The notes: a model not told the origin generated them from the letters alone. A DNA stretch of 64,000 bases from Sulfurimonas sp. (GCF_034005705.1 NZ_JAVEUF010000005.1:58469-122468); one strand, 5' to 3'. Shown: positions 1 to 10,235, counted from the first letter of the stretch. Made by a program: numbers and translations.

Positions 1-162
1 GATGGAATAATCCCTCCGACTATCAACTATGAAACTCCAGATGAGAATTGTGATCTGGATATCGTTCCAAACAAGGCTAGACGTGCCGAACTAAATACTG
101 TTATGAGTAACTCCTTTGGGTTTGGCGGAACAAACGGCGTTTTAATATTCAAAAAAATCTAA
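1..162 (+). CDS. fabF: 3-oxoacyl-ACP synthase II, C-terminal fragment (truncated by window edge)
   Basis: Frame 1 reads [24 protein letters not shown]...[19 protein letters not shown]; NSFGFGG is the ketoacyl synthase C-terminal motif; precedes accA. Confidence 0.93.
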   Translation, partial: DGIIPPTINYETPDENCDLDIVPNKARRAELNTVMSNSFGFGGTNGVLIFKKI

Positions 163-177
163 GTATAAGGATCTGAT

Positions 178-1113
178 TTGGCAACATATTTAGACTTTGA
201 GTATAAGATCAAGTTTATTCAAGAGGATATAATCTCCGCACAGGTTCGTCATGACGAAGTTGCGGTTCAAAGCCTCCAAGAGAACCTGGACAAAGAAGTC
301 TCAAAGATATTTAACAACCTTTCTCCTTTTCAAAAGCTTCAGCTTGCTCGTCATACCGACAGACCTTATGCGCTTGATTATATAAATCTGCTTATGAGAG
401 ACAAGTATGAGATACACGGAGACAGACACTTCCGTGACGACGCGGCGATCCTCTGCTACATCGGCTATATCGCAAATGAAAAAGTTATGGTCATCGGTGA
501 GCAAAAAGGGCGCGGAACAAAGAACAAGATAAAAAGAAATTTCGGTATGCCGCATCCTGAAGGTTATAGAAAAGCCCTTCGCGCAGCAAAACTTGCAGAA
601 AAGTTCAACTTACCCGTACTGATGCTTATTGACACTCCGGGTGCATACCCTGGTATCGGAGCTGAAGAGAGAAACCAGAGTGAGGCTATCGCTAGAAATC
701 TTCTTGAACTCTCAGAGCTTAAAACACCGACGATCTCCGTGGTCATCGGAGAGGGCGGAAGCGGTGGCGCCCTTGCTATCGGTGTTGCGGACAAATTCGC
801 GATGATGAGATACTCGGTATTTAGCGTTATCTCGCCTGAGGGGTGTTCGGCAATCCTATGGAACGATCCTGCAAAAGCAGAAGCCGCGACAAACGCTATG
901 AAGATCACCAGCCAAGACCTAAAAGAGCTTGATCTTATTGATGATATTATAGCTGAGCCGCTGATAGGCGCTCATAGAGACAGAGACGGCGCGGCTGCTG
1001 CCATCGGCGAGTACTTTTTAGAAGAGCTTGCAAAACTTCGCGCAATGAGCGAAGAGGAGAGAATGGAAGCTAGATATAAAAAGCTTACAGGCGTCGGAGC
1101 ATTTAGCGAGTAA
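178..1113 (+). CDS. accA: Acetyl-CoA carboxylase carboxyltransferase alpha subunit
   Basis: [42 protein letters not shown] motifs. Confidence 0.98.
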   Translation: MATYLDFEYKIKFIQEDIISAQVRHDEVAVQSLQENLDKEVSKIFNNLSPFQKLQLARHTDRPYALDYINLLMRDKYEIHGDRHFRDDAAILCYIGYIANEKVMVIGEQKGRGTKNKIKRNFGMPHPEGYRKALRAAKLAEKFNLPVLMLIDTPGAYPGIGAEERNQSEAIARNLLELSELKTPTISVVIGEGGSGGALAIGVADKFAMMRYSVFSVISPEGCSAILWNDPAKAEAATNAMKITSQDLKELDLIDDIIAEPLIGAHRDRDGAAAAIGEYFLEELAKLRAMSEEERMEARYKKLTGVGAFSE

Positions 1114-1911
1114 CTACTCTTTTGCTTCTTGAAGCAGAGGGTCAAACTTAGGTCTCTTAAGTACCTTTGCCTCTTTTGAAAATTTTATAAGATCCTCAAC
1201 ACTTTTTACACTCTCATCCAAAGTTCCAAGCGATAGTTTAAAGAGCTCAAACGTAGTCAGTACATCGCTCATCGCTCTGTGGTGAGTGGCACTCGGATTG
1301 AGGCTGAAAGATTCGTTTAGATACGAGAGCGCATATCTATACGATGCAATGGTCCTCTCGGCTAGAGAGAGCGAACACAAGCTTCTGTTTAAAAGAGGTG
1401 CAAGTCCCACTTTTTGCATGCTCAAAGAGATAAATTTATAGTCAAATTTTACGTCGTGCGCAACAAAGACGGAGTCGGACAAAAAGTTTTTAAACTCATA
1501 CATAACCTCTTTTAGGCTCGGTGCATCCTCTGTGTCCTCAGTTTTTATACCGGTTATCTCTGTTATGTGCGGATTTATCTCTTTGCAGTTGACAAGAGAA
1601 TCGAACGTATCAATGATCTTGCCCCCTTTTACTTTTACCGCCGCTATCTCGATTATTTGGTGTTTTTCTATTTTTGAGCCGTTTGTCTCGATATCAACTA
1701 TGCAAAATATGGCACTCTCTAGAGGGATGAATTTGGTGGCAAAATAGAAATTTCCCTGCTGTTTTAATATCTCCAGACCTTGAGAGTGCCAAAGCTGCAG
1801 AAGGAACTCCAGATCTTCGTCTATCTGCTCTTTTAGGCTCTTTAGGGAGAGACCTTTTGATGAGAGCTTGTGAATACTTTTTGAGTCTAAAGAGAAGTCG
1901 TTACTAAGCAT
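1114..1911 (-). CDS. DEDDh 3'-5' exonuclease (DnaQ/Pol III epsilon-like)
   Basis: VDIETNG (ExoI), VAHDVKFD (ExoII), HHRAMSD (ExoIII). Confidence 0.9.
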   Translation of the reverse strand: MLSNDFSLDSKSIHKLSSKGLSLKSLKEQIDEDLEFLLQLWHSQGLEILKQQGNFYFATKFIPLESAIFCIVDIETNGSKIEKHQIIEIAAVKVKGGKIIDTFDSLVNCKEINPHITEITGIKTEDTEDAPSLKEVMYEFKNFLSDSVFVAHDVKFDYKFISLSMQKVGLAPLLNRSLCSLSLAERTIASYRYALSYLNESFSLNPSATHHRAMSDVLTTFELFKLSLGTLDESVKSVEDLIKFSKEAKVLKRPKFDPLLQEAKE

Positions 1912-1920
1912 TATTACAAT

Positions 1921-2508
1921 TTACTTCTTTGCATTTTTTATGAATTCTCTGACTTTTAAAGCGTCCTTCTCGCCGTAAGAGAGCTCTACCCCGCTGCTGA
2001 CATCCACGCCGTAAAAGCCGTACTCTTTAAGTGATGAGACGTTTTGCGGATCCAACCCTCCTGCAAGGATTATCTTTGAGCAGTCAACACCTTTGAACCA
2101 CTCAATGTTCAATCTTTTGCCGCTTCCGCCGTAACTCTCACAGTAGGCATCTACCAGTCTGTACTCGTCGCTGAATTTTAAAATATCACTTGGCTCTTTG
2201 GCGCGAACGACTTTTATATATGGAACAAATAGCTGCTCGTAAAGTTCATCCGGGGCTTCAAAATGGATCTGAGCCAGAGTAGCGCCGGCCTCTTGGCAGT
2301 AGGAGTTTATGACCTGTGCGTCGCTGTTTACAAAGAGAGCGACCTTTTCGACAAACGGGGGGAGTCTTTTGATAATTGCATGAGCCTCTTTTGGAGAGAT
2401 ATATCTAGGTGAAGGCTCATAAAAAACAAAGCCCAGTGCATCCGCACCGGCTTCTATTGCTATCATCGCATCTTCATAAGATGTAATCCCGCAAATTTTA
2501 GTGCGCAT
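1921..2508 (-). CDS. trpF: Phosphoribosylanthranilate isomerase
   Basis: KICGIT, GADALGFVFYEPSPR, LAGGL, GVDVSSGVE motifs. Confidence 0.96.
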   Translation of the reverse strand: MRTKICGITSYEDAMIAIEAGADALGFVFYEPSPRYISPKEAHAIIKRLPPFVEKVALFVNSDAQVINSYCQEAGATLAQIHFEAPDELYEQLFVPYIKVVRAKEPSDILKFSDEYRLVDAYCESYGGSGKRLNIEWFKGVDCSKIILAGGLDPQNVSSLKEYGFYGVDVSSGVELSYGEKDALKVREFIKNAKK

Positions 2509-2524
2509 TATCTATTATCCGTCC

Positions 2525-2600
2525 GACAAAGGAATTACTTCCTTTGTCTTCGCTAAGACCGCTGTGGTCACTGAAGCTTTATGCTTCGCATAAGAAATCA
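2525..2600. repeat. REP-like intergenic palindrome cluster
   Basis: Perfect 10-bp stem GACAAAGGAA-ttac-TTCCTTTGTC (2525-2548) followed by two small stems; shares CACTGAAGCT and AGAAATC with the element at 58969-59043. Confidence 0.55.
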
Positions 2601-3239
2601 TATCTGCAAACTCTCAATGGCTTCTTTTTTGTTTGCATGGTTAAAAACATAGCTTCCCGCAACGACGATATCTACACCCGCATCTTTTAATAGATGCACG
2701 TTTTTATCACTTACGCCACCGTCAACCTCTATAAGACACGCAGGGTTTATCTTGTCTCTCATGGCACTTAGTTTTTTTGCTTTTGGCAAGACCGTCTCTA
2801 TAAAGCTCTGACCGCCAAAACCAGGATTTACGCTCATCAAAAGAACCATGTCCAGATCACCTAGCAGATACTCTATCGACTCCGGCGGAGTGTGCGGGTT
2901 TAGAACGATAGCCGGTTTAATGCCAAGTGAGCGGATCTTTTGGATGAGTCTGTGAGGATGCTTCTCCTCTTCTATATGAAAAGAGATATATTCAGGTTTT
3001 AGAGGGGCAAAGAGGTCTACAAAGAATGTGTTGTTCTCCACCATAAGGTGTATGTCAAGCGGCTTTGTCGCACACGCGGCAATAGCCGAGACCACAACGG
3101 GACCGATTGTCAGATTTGGAACAAAGTGTCCATCCATTACATCTACGTGAACAAAGTCACAGCCTGCTTCGCAGATGGCTTCAACATCTCTTTGCAGGTT
3201 GCCAAAATCAGCGGATAGAACGCTAGGAGCTACTTTCAT
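2598..3239 (-). CDS. rpe: Ribulose-phosphate 3-epimerase
   Basis: APSVLSADF, HVDVMDGHFVPN, MSVNPGFGGQ, EVDGG motifs. Confidence 0.98.
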   Translation of the reverse strand: MKVAPSVLSADFGNLQRDVEAICEAGCDFVHVDVMDGHFVPNLTIGPVVVSAIAACATKPLDIHLMVENNTFFVDLFAPLKPEYISFHIEEEKHPHRLIQKIRSLGIKPAIVLNPHTPPESIEYLLGDLDMVLLMSVNPGFGGQSFIETVLPKAKKLSAMRDKINPACLIEVDGGVSDKNVHLLKDAGVDIVVAGSYVFNHANKKEAIESLQI

Positions 3240-3283
3240 TTATCTTCCTTCTTTAATTGCGAAATTGTACAGTTTTGTATCTT

Positions 3284-4678
3284 TTATCTTGTTAAGAAAA
3301 ATATGAATTTATCATCATTAAAAGAGAGTTCTACCTGAACGCCTTTTCTGTTCTCGACTACTTCAAGCAGACTGTCTATGTCTTGATAGGTTCTTGGAAG
3401 AGTTATATTTACGGAGATATCTTCATCAGCAAGCAGAGTTTTTATCTTTCCACCCACTATATTTACAAGTTCTGCCAATGTGTCAAGGATCATATCCAGA
3501 TCGTTCGTATCTTCGCCTATGAGAAGTTCACACGCTTTCTTTGCGATGCCTGATGGAAAAACCAAGACAACCATACCGTCCAAGTCACCGTAGTAGCCGA
3601 TAGAGCTTGCGATCTTCCCCTCTTTTTTCTCTATGATGAGATTTTGAACGCTTGCCGACTCTTTATGCGCCTTTGAGTTTGTCATCATCTCTATGGTGAC
3701 GGCTGCGGCGTTTATGAATTTTGGAAGTTCTATCACGGTCTCTTTGTTTATGACCCTTTTGTTTTTGATGTTTGCGGCACTTGAAGCCCCGAGCTCTTTT
3801 AAAAGCTCCTTGTTTTGGAGTATATCATCCATATGGTCATAAAAAAGTATTCCCGCATCTTCCATATTCTCTTTAAATGAGAGCGGAGTCTTGTCAAACT
3901 TCATACCTACAAAGCAGATCGTTGCGTTGTATTCTGCGGCTGAAGTTGAGAGTCTAGAGAAGAAGTTTAGGGCGTGAATGTTCATACTGATGACTTTATA
4001 TGCGTCAAAGATAAAGAGCCTAAAACCTACGTTTAGAGAGTTGTTGTGGTACTCTATGTTAAAGTTGTCGCCTATTTCAACATCTAAAAAAGAAGAGATC
4101 GTATAGATGATCGCATTTCCGCTTACTCTTGTTGCCACCTTTTGTCCCATCTGACCCAAAAATGTCGAGTCGATCACATAGTCAAAAGCCCCTTTTTGCT
4201 CTTTTTTTTCGTTGTATTCGCTAAGTGTCTTTGCTATTGTCGGATTGTGACCGTTGTCATGCAGCTCAATAGCAATTGCAGAGCGCTGAGATTTATCATC
4301 GCTGTAGATGAGAATGGTTTTGTTCTGGTTTTTGTAGCTTGAAGAGAACAGGTAAGCGATATCCAGAGTCTTAAAGAGCGAGAAGTTGATATCCTCTTTG
4401 TAAAATCTTCGTATTGCCGCATACTTGTTCTGGTCATAGTCGCAAAACCCTACGGTAGCGCTGTTTGTTTTGCGTATCTTGGAAAAGAGCTTTATAAAGA
4501 TATCCAGACCGTTGCGGTTGAAAAAGACGACCCGCTTAAGCGATACCAGGATCATATCTACCTTTAGTTTTGTAGCAGCCTCCACATCCTCAATGCTTAG
4601 GTATGATGCCGCATTGTTGCCATCAAGAAAGCCCTGCGGCGAAAATGTAGCTATGCCATCTTTGATTACGGCTTTCAT
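3284..4678 (-). CDS. Multidomain protein with C-terminal CheX/CheC-like phosphatase domain and N-terminal STAS-like regions
   Basis: C-terminus SSIGYYGDLDG...LAELVNIVGGKIK...ITLP fits CheX (E-x2-N); N-terminal PQGFLDG...VVFFNRNGL resembles STAS. Confidence 0.65.
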   Translation of the reverse strand: MKAVIKDGIATFSPQGFLDGNNAASYLSIEDVEAATKLKVDMILVSLKRVVFFNRNGLDIFIKLFSKIRKTNSATVGFCDYDQNKYAAIRRFYKEDINFSLFKTLDIAYLFSSSYKNQNKTILIYSDDKSQRSAIAIELHDNGHNPTIAKTLSEYNEKKEQKGAFDYVIDSTFLGQMGQKVATRVSGNAIIYTISSFLDVEIGDNFNIEYHNNSLNVGFRLFIFDAYKVISMNIHALNFFSRLSTSAAEYNATICFVGMKFDKTPLSFKENMEDAGILFYDHMDDILQNKELLKELGASSAANIKNKRVINKETVIELPKFINAAAVTIEMMTNSKAHKESASVQNLIIEKKEGKIASSIGYYGDLDGMVVLVFPSGIAKKACELLIGEDTNDLDMILDTLAELVNIVGGKIKTLLADEDISVNITLPRTYQDIDSLLEVVENRKGVQVELSFNDDKFIFFLTR

Positions 4679-5472
4679 TCTATCTCCATCAGCGAAGAGA
4701 ACTCTTCGTATATATCGCCTATATAATCTATCTGAAAATCAATAAAGTCGTTAAGTCCTGCTTTGATAAATAGCGGGTTTGAGAGCTCGTAAAAGAGCAG
4801 AAGATGCATCCACTTTCCCAAGAGGTCTATCTTCTCATCTCTTGACGGTTTTACGCCAGAGGCTGCTTGAACTATATTGGAAATGTCTCTGTTCATCCCC
4901 CATTTCTGGGCGATCTGGGAGCAGATGTCAAAAAGATCGACTCCGCAAAGACGCTTTAGAATCGTGTTGTAGTCTATTGCTTTTGTAGTTCTTAAAAGAT
5001 TCACGTCATCTATCTTCTCTTTAAAAAGAGCCTCTGCTACTATAATACTTGCAGGAAGAAGCGTTATAGCATCGTATGTCTCTTTATCCTCTATCTTTAA
5101 GTGTTCAAGTATTATCTGCCACTTCTTGGATAGGTTAGCCTGAAGTTCATAAAAGAGGTGGGAGTTGAGTTTAAAGAGGCTCCAATCTTTCGGACTGAGC
5201 AGAGAGACCATGTAGTTATAAACGCTCTGTCTTGCAAGTGAGACACCGAGGATACCGAATATTTGCCCTATATCGCTTACCTCATTGGCAAAACCGTATA
5301 TTGGCTTGTTCACTATGTTCTTGAGATATGACTTGAGTGCCAGATCACCCTCTGCAACCTTTGCCGCTTTTGTAAGCTCGCCTGCTCTAAGAAGGGCAAA
5401 CGTCTCATTTAATACCTTGGGAGCAGGCGGAATTTTCTCTATAAAGCTCTCTATTTTTTCTTTTGTTACCAT
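4675..5472 (-). CDS. HDOD domain protein
   Basis: IPPAPKV...DLAL...VNKPIYGFANEVSDIGQIFGILG and KWGM pattern typical of HDOD. Confidence 0.8.
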   Translation of the reverse strand: MVTKEKIESFIEKIPPAPKVLNETFALLRAGELTKAAKVAEGDLALKSYLKNIVNKPIYGFANEVSDIGQIFGILGVSLARQSVYNYMVSLLSPKDWSLFKLNSHLFYELQANLSKKWQIILEHLKIEDKETYDAITLLPASIIVAEALFKEKIDDVNLLRTTKAIDYNTILKRLCGVDLFDICSQIAQKWGMNRDISNIVQAASGVKPSRDEKIDLLGKWMHLLLFYELSNPLFIKAGLNDFIDFQIDYIGDIYEEFSSLMEIE

Positions 5473-5590
5473 AATCTCTACATATTATTAATTTTGATTA
5501 TTTTATCTCTAAACGCATAAAACAAATATAAAAGGGTTTTTCAAGCCCTCTTCGTTACGGTTTTGCTTAAGCAGAAGTTTTGTTTAGGCT

Positions 5591-5599
5591 TGCTATAAT
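5591..5599 (+). promoter_or_regulatory. Extended -10 sigma70 promoter (TGCTATAAT) for rpmB
   Basis: TGnTATAAT about 40 nt upstream of the rpmB ATG. Confidence 0.6.
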
Positions 5600-5636
5600 T
5601 CGCAACTTTAATAAACCTAAACACAAGGAAGCTAGT

Positions 5637-5825
5637 ATGGCAAGAAGATGTGCTATCAGCGGCAAAGGCCCAATGAGCGGAAACAATGTTTCTCACGCTA
5701 AAAATAGAACTAAACGTCGTTTTTTGTTAAACCTTAGAACAGTACGCATCACTTTAGAAGATGGTACAACTCAAAAGGTTAAAATCTCTGCGAGAGAGTT
5801 GCGCACACTTAAGAAAAACTCTTAA
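5637..5825 (+). CDS. rpmB: 50S ribosomal protein L28
   Basis: [33 protein letters not shown]; start reassigned to ATG 5637 behind AAGGA. Confidence 0.98.
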   Translation: MARRCAISGKGPMSGNNVSHAKNRTKRRFLLNLRTVRITLEDGTTQKVKISARELRTLKKNS

Positions 5826-5843
5826 GCAGAGCAGGAAATTAGC

Positions 5844-6980
5844 TTGAATCTCTTAGAGAAGATTCGAAAATTTCTACACTGGGAGTCATCTCCCAAACCC
5901 CATATTACGCTCAATAGTGAGCTCTATTCCCAATTTTTACCTTTTAGAACACCGTTAATATTAGTACAGCTGCTTATGCTCATAGGTACTTTAGGCTATA
6001 TCTATATTGAAGATTACACCATTATGGATGCGATTTTTCAGGCAGGATATACATTTACAACGGTCGGCTTCGGCTCATTAAAAGAGAGTGAGTTCTCGGC
6101 TGCAGGACAGATATTTACCGTAACTCTTATCATACTCGGTTTTACCGTATTTACTCTTGCGATCGGTATCGTCGTCGATGTCGTAGGAAAGGGAAATCTT
6201 AGAAGAATTGTAAAGGAGAGAAGAATGCTCTACAGTATAGCAAGGCTAAAAAGACACTTCGTAGTGTGTTACCACAACGAATATACACTTGAAGTGACCA
6301 AAGAGCTGAGAAAAAATCATATACCTTTTGTCGTGGTAGATCCGCGTGAAGAGATACACCAGTGGGCGGAAGAGCACAACTACACGACATACCTTAAAGC
6401 CGAGCCGCATGCGGAGCTCACTATGTTAAAAGCGCATCTCTCCTCTGCAAAAGGGCTTATCACTCTCTCAAATACAATATCTGACAATATCGCTCTTATA
6501 GCTTCGGTCAGGCTCTTTGAAAAGGAGCATTTTCTTCCAAGACCATACTATGTTATCTCTTCTGCTGAGAGTGTCAGCGATGTGGACAAACTAAAAAAGC
6601 TCGGAGCTGACACCGTAGTTTCGCCTACAAAGCTCACCGCTCAAAGAGTAAGTGCTATGGCTGCGCGTCCGGATATGGAAAACCTCTTGGAGGAGTTTTT
6701 GTATAAGAGCGACAACCCTCTTGATATGGAAGAGATCGAAGTGCCGAAATATAGCTGGGCTGTTCTTAAAAAGCTAAAAGAGACCCATATCAGAGAGATA
6801 ACTAATACCTCGATAGTGGGCATTACCAAAAAAGACGGAAAGTTCGTGACCATGCCAAAAGGCGACGTACTTATAACTAGTGAGTGTAAGCTTCTTGTTA
6901 TAGGAACGCAGCACGGCATCAATATTACCAAAGAATTATTAAGAAGAAGAGATAAGCCAAAGGAGCTTAAATTTGTATAA
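5844..6980 (+). CDS. Potassium channel protein with RCK (TrkA-N/TrkA-C) domains
   Basis: TTVGFG selectivity filter between two TM helices; LKKLGADTVVSP RCK motif. Confidence 0.92.
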   Translation: MNLLEKIRKFLHWESSPKPHITLNSELYSQFLPFRTPLILVQLLMLIGTLGYIYIEDYTIMDAIFQAGYTFTTVGFGSLKESEFSAAGQIFTVTLIILGFTVFTLAIGIVVDVVGKGNLRRIVKERRMLYSIARLKRHFVVCYHNEYTLEVTKELRKNHIPFVVVDPREEIHQWAEEHNYTTYLKAEPHAELTMLKAHLSSAKGLITLSNTISDNIALIASVRLFEKEHFLPRPYYVISSAESVSDVDKLKKLGADTVVSPTKLTAQRVSAMAARPDMENLLEEFLYKSDNPLDMEEIEVPKYSWAVLKKLKETHIREITNTSIVGITKKDGKFVTMPKGDVLITSECKLLVIGTQHGINITKELLRRRDKPKELKFV

Positions 6981-8151
6981 TATACTTTATTCACAAGGCG
7001 GAGTCTGCGCAAGTGAAGGTTTTTTCGCAGACGGTGTAAGCGCAGGGCTTAAAAAAGAGAATGCCAAAGATATGGCGTTCATATACAGCGAAAATGAGTG
7101 CGAAGTAGCATCCGTCTTTACGACAAACAAGATGTACGCGGCTCCTATAAAACATTTTCGCTTAATGGGCGATTTTAAGACAAACTTTGTTCTAATCAAC
7201 TCAAAAAATGCAAACGCAATGACCGGCAAAGCGGGAGTTGAAGATATAAATGAGGTTCTCTCTAACTGCCCGTCGGGTGTTAAAAATCCTATCATGAGCT
7301 CAACCGGCGTTATCGGAGTAAGACTTCCAAAAGCAAAGATTATCGAGGGTATGAAGCTTTTTGACTTATCAAAAAGAGACTCTGCATCTGCTTCAAAAGC
7401 GATAATGACAACTGATAGTTTTGCAAAAGAGGTGGCATTCAAGGTTGCTCTGGATGATGGAAGCAGTTTCAACATAGGCGCCATTGCAAAGGGTGCAGGG
7501 ATGATAGACCCTGCCATGGCAACAATGCTCTGTTTCATAACTACAGATGCAAAAGTTGGCAAAGGCGAGATGCAAGAAGTTCTTGATGAGGTCGTAAAGA
7601 CGACTTTTAACGCTATAAGTGTGGACGGCGACACATCGACCAACGACACCGTTCTGGTGCTCTCAAATGGCAGAAGCGGCGCGTATGAGAGAGAGGCTTT
7701 TAAAGAGGCTCTATTTAAAGTGATGCACTTTTTAGCACTCGAGATGGTACGAGACGGCGAAGGTGCGACAAAGCTGGTGACATACAAAGTGACCGGTGCA
7801 AAAAATGACAAAGAGGCTGAGACAGCGGCTAAGGCACTCTCCGACTCGCTTCTTGTCAAGACAGCACTTTTCGGCGAAGACCCTAACTGGGGAAGAATAG
7901 CTTCTACTATAGGTGCGAGCGGAGTAGAGGCTTACGAAGAGAAGCTCAAAATCTCGTTTGACAACCTTTGCGTCTATGACAGAGGCGAGATCCTTTTTGA
8001 CGCAGAGATGGAGAAGAAGTGCGCAGTCGTTATGCAGCATAAAAAATTCACTATCTCATGCGACCTAGGAGTAGGCGAAGGAAGCTTCAAAGCGTACGGA
8101 TGCGATTTAGGACATGAGTACGTAAAGATCAACGCGGACTATAGAACTTAA
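6973..8151 (+). CDS. argJ: Bifunctional ornithine acetyltransferase/N-acetylglutamate synthase
   Basis: KGAGMI.PAMATML, VDGDTSTND, DGEGATK, GEDPNWGRI, INADYRT. Confidence 0.98.
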   Translation: MYNILYSQGGVCASEGFFADGVSAGLKKENAKDMAFIYSENECEVASVFTTNKMYAAPIKHFRLMGDFKTNFVLINSKNANAMTGKAGVEDINEVLSNCPSGVKNPIMSSTGVIGVRLPKAKIIEGMKLFDLSKRDSASASKAIMTTDSFAKEVAFKVALDDGSSFNIGAIAKGAGMIDPAMATMLCFITTDAKVGKGEMQEVLDEVVKTTFNAISVDGDTSTNDTVLVLSNGRSGAYEREAFKEALFKVMHFLALEMVRDGEGATKLVTYKVTGAKNDKEAETAAKALSDSLLVKTALFGEDPNWGRIASTIGASGVEAYEEKLKISFDNLCVYDRGEILFDAEMEKKCAVVMQHKKFTISCDLGVGEGSFKAYGCDLGHEYVKINADYRT

Positions 8152-8228
8152 AAAACTACTTTCTTGTTCTATGTCATTGTTTAACACTCTTTTTTTGCAT
8201 ATACTAAGTGTAAAAAAAGGAGCAAATT

Positions 8229-9041
8229 ATGTCAAAAGTAGTTCTAATCACGGGTGCGACCTCAGGAATGGGTGCACTTAGTGCAAAATTTCTTTCCGAT
8301 AACGGATACATTGTTTATGCAGGTACGAGAGACGAGAGTGCGCAAATAGGCGAGGGAAATCTCAAGAACATCTACATAGACGTTACAAAAACAGACACGA
8401 TCAAAAAAGCGGTCGATACCATCATAAAGAACGAGGGAAAGATAGACGTACTGGTCAACAATGCGGGCTACGGTCTGCTCTCGACACTTGAAGACGGAAC
8501 TGACGAGGAGATATTTAATCAGTTTGACGTAAACGTGTTCGGGCTTATAAAGACAACGAGAGAAGTTCTTTCGCACATGAGAGAAGCAAAGAGCGGGGTT
8601 ATTATAAACATCAGCTCATTTTTGGGCAAGATGGGCTTGCCGCTGCTCTCACACTACAACGCTTCAAAATATGCGGTAGAGGGGATAGTCGATTCGCTTA
8701 GATTTGAGACTCTTCCTTTTGGCATACGCGTTCACTCTATCCAGTCAGGGCTCTTTGGCACGAACTTTGTAAAAAAAGGTCTAGTCGCAAACGCAAAGAC
8801 GACAAGCGAAGACTCTCCATATAAAGAGGTCGTGGCTCACTTCGTTCCTATCGTGGCACAAGCTATAAACGAAGGACCTTCGCCTCAGCCTATCGCAGAC
8901 GCTATCAAGATGATCATAGAGAATGAAAATGCGCCGATAGCCATTCCTGTGGGAGTAGAGGCTACAACATTTGTTCCTCTTAGAAAAGAGCTTAGCGATG
9001 AGGCGTTTGAGCAAAAAGTAAAAGAGACCTTTGGCATATAG
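8229..9041 (+). CDS. Short-chain dehydrogenase/reductase
   Basis: TGATSGMG, NNAG, YNASK catalytic motif. Confidence 0.93.
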   Translation: MSKVVLITGATSGMGALSAKFLSDNGYIVYAGTRDESAQIGEGNLKNIYIDVTKTDTIKKAVDTIIKNEGKIDVLVNNAGYGLLSTLEDGTDEEIFNQFDVNVFGLIKTTREVLSHMREAKSGVIINISSFLGKMGLPLLSHYNASKYAVEGIVDSLRFETLPFGIRVHSIQSGLFGTNFVKKGLVANAKTTSEDSPYKEVVAHFVPIVAQAINEGPSPQPIADAIKMIIENENAPIAIPVGVEATTFVPLRKELSDEAFEQKVKETFGI

Positions 9042-9044
9042 AGC

Positions 9045-10235
9045 ATGAAAAAGTTTCTCTTAACCATAGTCGCTATTTTTTTTACGGTAGTTACAACCGT
9101 TATTTTGCTGGCGGTTTTAACGACCGAAAAAGAGATAAAAGAGTACAGTGACGATGAACTAAGAGAGATGGCTCTAGGCAAAGGGCACGGCTCCTTCCCA
9201 TCTACATACGAGAAGCTTTTAGAACTTGTAGATGATGCCTCCAACCCGATGAGCGATGAAAAAATAGCTTTGGGCGAAGAGCTCTTCTTTGATACAAACC
9301 TCTCAAAAAACAGGCGTACAAGTTGTGCCACATGCCACTCGTTTGATCGGGAGCTTGAAAACAGGGGCGCGATGCTTAAGATGCTCTCCCAAAAAGATAC
9401 AAAGATAAGTGATTGTGCGGCTTGTCATCTGCAAGACCAGAGCGGAGTTGACAGATTTACCTTCGCTCAAGGCGATTCGGGAGTGATGCATCCGTATCTT
9501 TTAAATACTCAAAGCATTTTCAATGTAGGATTTGCAAAGTATTATACCTGGAGCGGCGAGATCGGCAGCATCAAAGAGCAGGCGATGAACTCTTTTGAGG
9601 CTTACTACAAGATGAACATAAAACCTCAGGAGCTTCTGCTCAGGCTAAATGAGAGCGCAAAGTACAAGGAGATGTTTGCCAAGGCGTTTGATGATGGTGT
9701 ATCGTTCGAGAATGCGGCAAAAGCGATAGAGACCTATGTCAAAACATTGGTCACCAGAGCGCCTTATGACAGGTTTTTGGAGGGCGATAACGATGCCATA
9801 AGCGATGAGGCAAAGAGAGGACTGGCTAATTTTATAAGTTTTGGATGCAAGGGGTGTCACAACGGGGTGACTTTCGGCGGTCAGACTATACAGCGTTTTC
9901 CGCTTAGAGAGTTTGCCCATGTCTACGATATAGAGCCAAACTTCGAGATCCTCCCGCAGATAAAGAGGCTTGATAGAGAGTTCCCTTTTGAGAACAGCGG
10001 AGGATTTTTGGGAAAAGATCAAGAACATCTATTTCGCGTTCCCATACTTAGAAACGTAACAAAAACATCCCCATATTTTCATAACGGAGCGGTTGCAAAG
10101 ATAAGAGAAGCGGTAAATGTTATGGCTAAACATCAGCTTGGGCGTAACCTGACTCTGAGTCAGATAGATGAGATAGTGGCATTTTTGCGAACATTAGAGG
10201 GCGATATCGTAGATTATAAAAAGGAGCAAAGATGA
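9045..10235 (+). CDS. Cytochrome c peroxidase/MauG-family protein with three CXXCH motifs
   Basis: LGEELFFD..LS, CATCH, CAACH, CKGCH, FRVPILRNV.KTSPYFHNG; N-terminal hydrophobic anchor. Confidence 0.88.
   Translation: MKKFLLTIVAIFFTVVTTVILLAVLTTEKEIKEYSDDELREMALGKGHGSFPSTYEKLLELVDDASNPMSDEKIALGEELFFDTNLSKNRRTSCATCHSFDRELENRGAMLKMLSQKDTKISDCAACHLQDQSGVDRFTFAQGDSGVMHPYLLNTQSIFNVGFAKYYTWSGEIGSIKEQAMNSFEAYYKMNIKPQELLLRLNESAKYKEMFAKAFDDGVSFENAAKAIETYVKTLVTRAPYDRFLEGDNDAISDEAKRGLANFISFGCKGCHNGVTFGGQTIQRFPLREFAHVYDIEPNFEILPQIKRLDREFPFENSGGFLGKDQEHLFRVPILRNVTKTSPYFHNGAVAKIREAVNVMAKHQLGRNLTLSQIDEIVAFLRTLEGDIVDYKKEQR

Noticed and set aside
6987-7859. Long antisense ORFs (290 aa opposite argJ; also 43485-44123, 45067-45597 and others)
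   Set aside because: Shadows of conserved genes with no motifs or RBS
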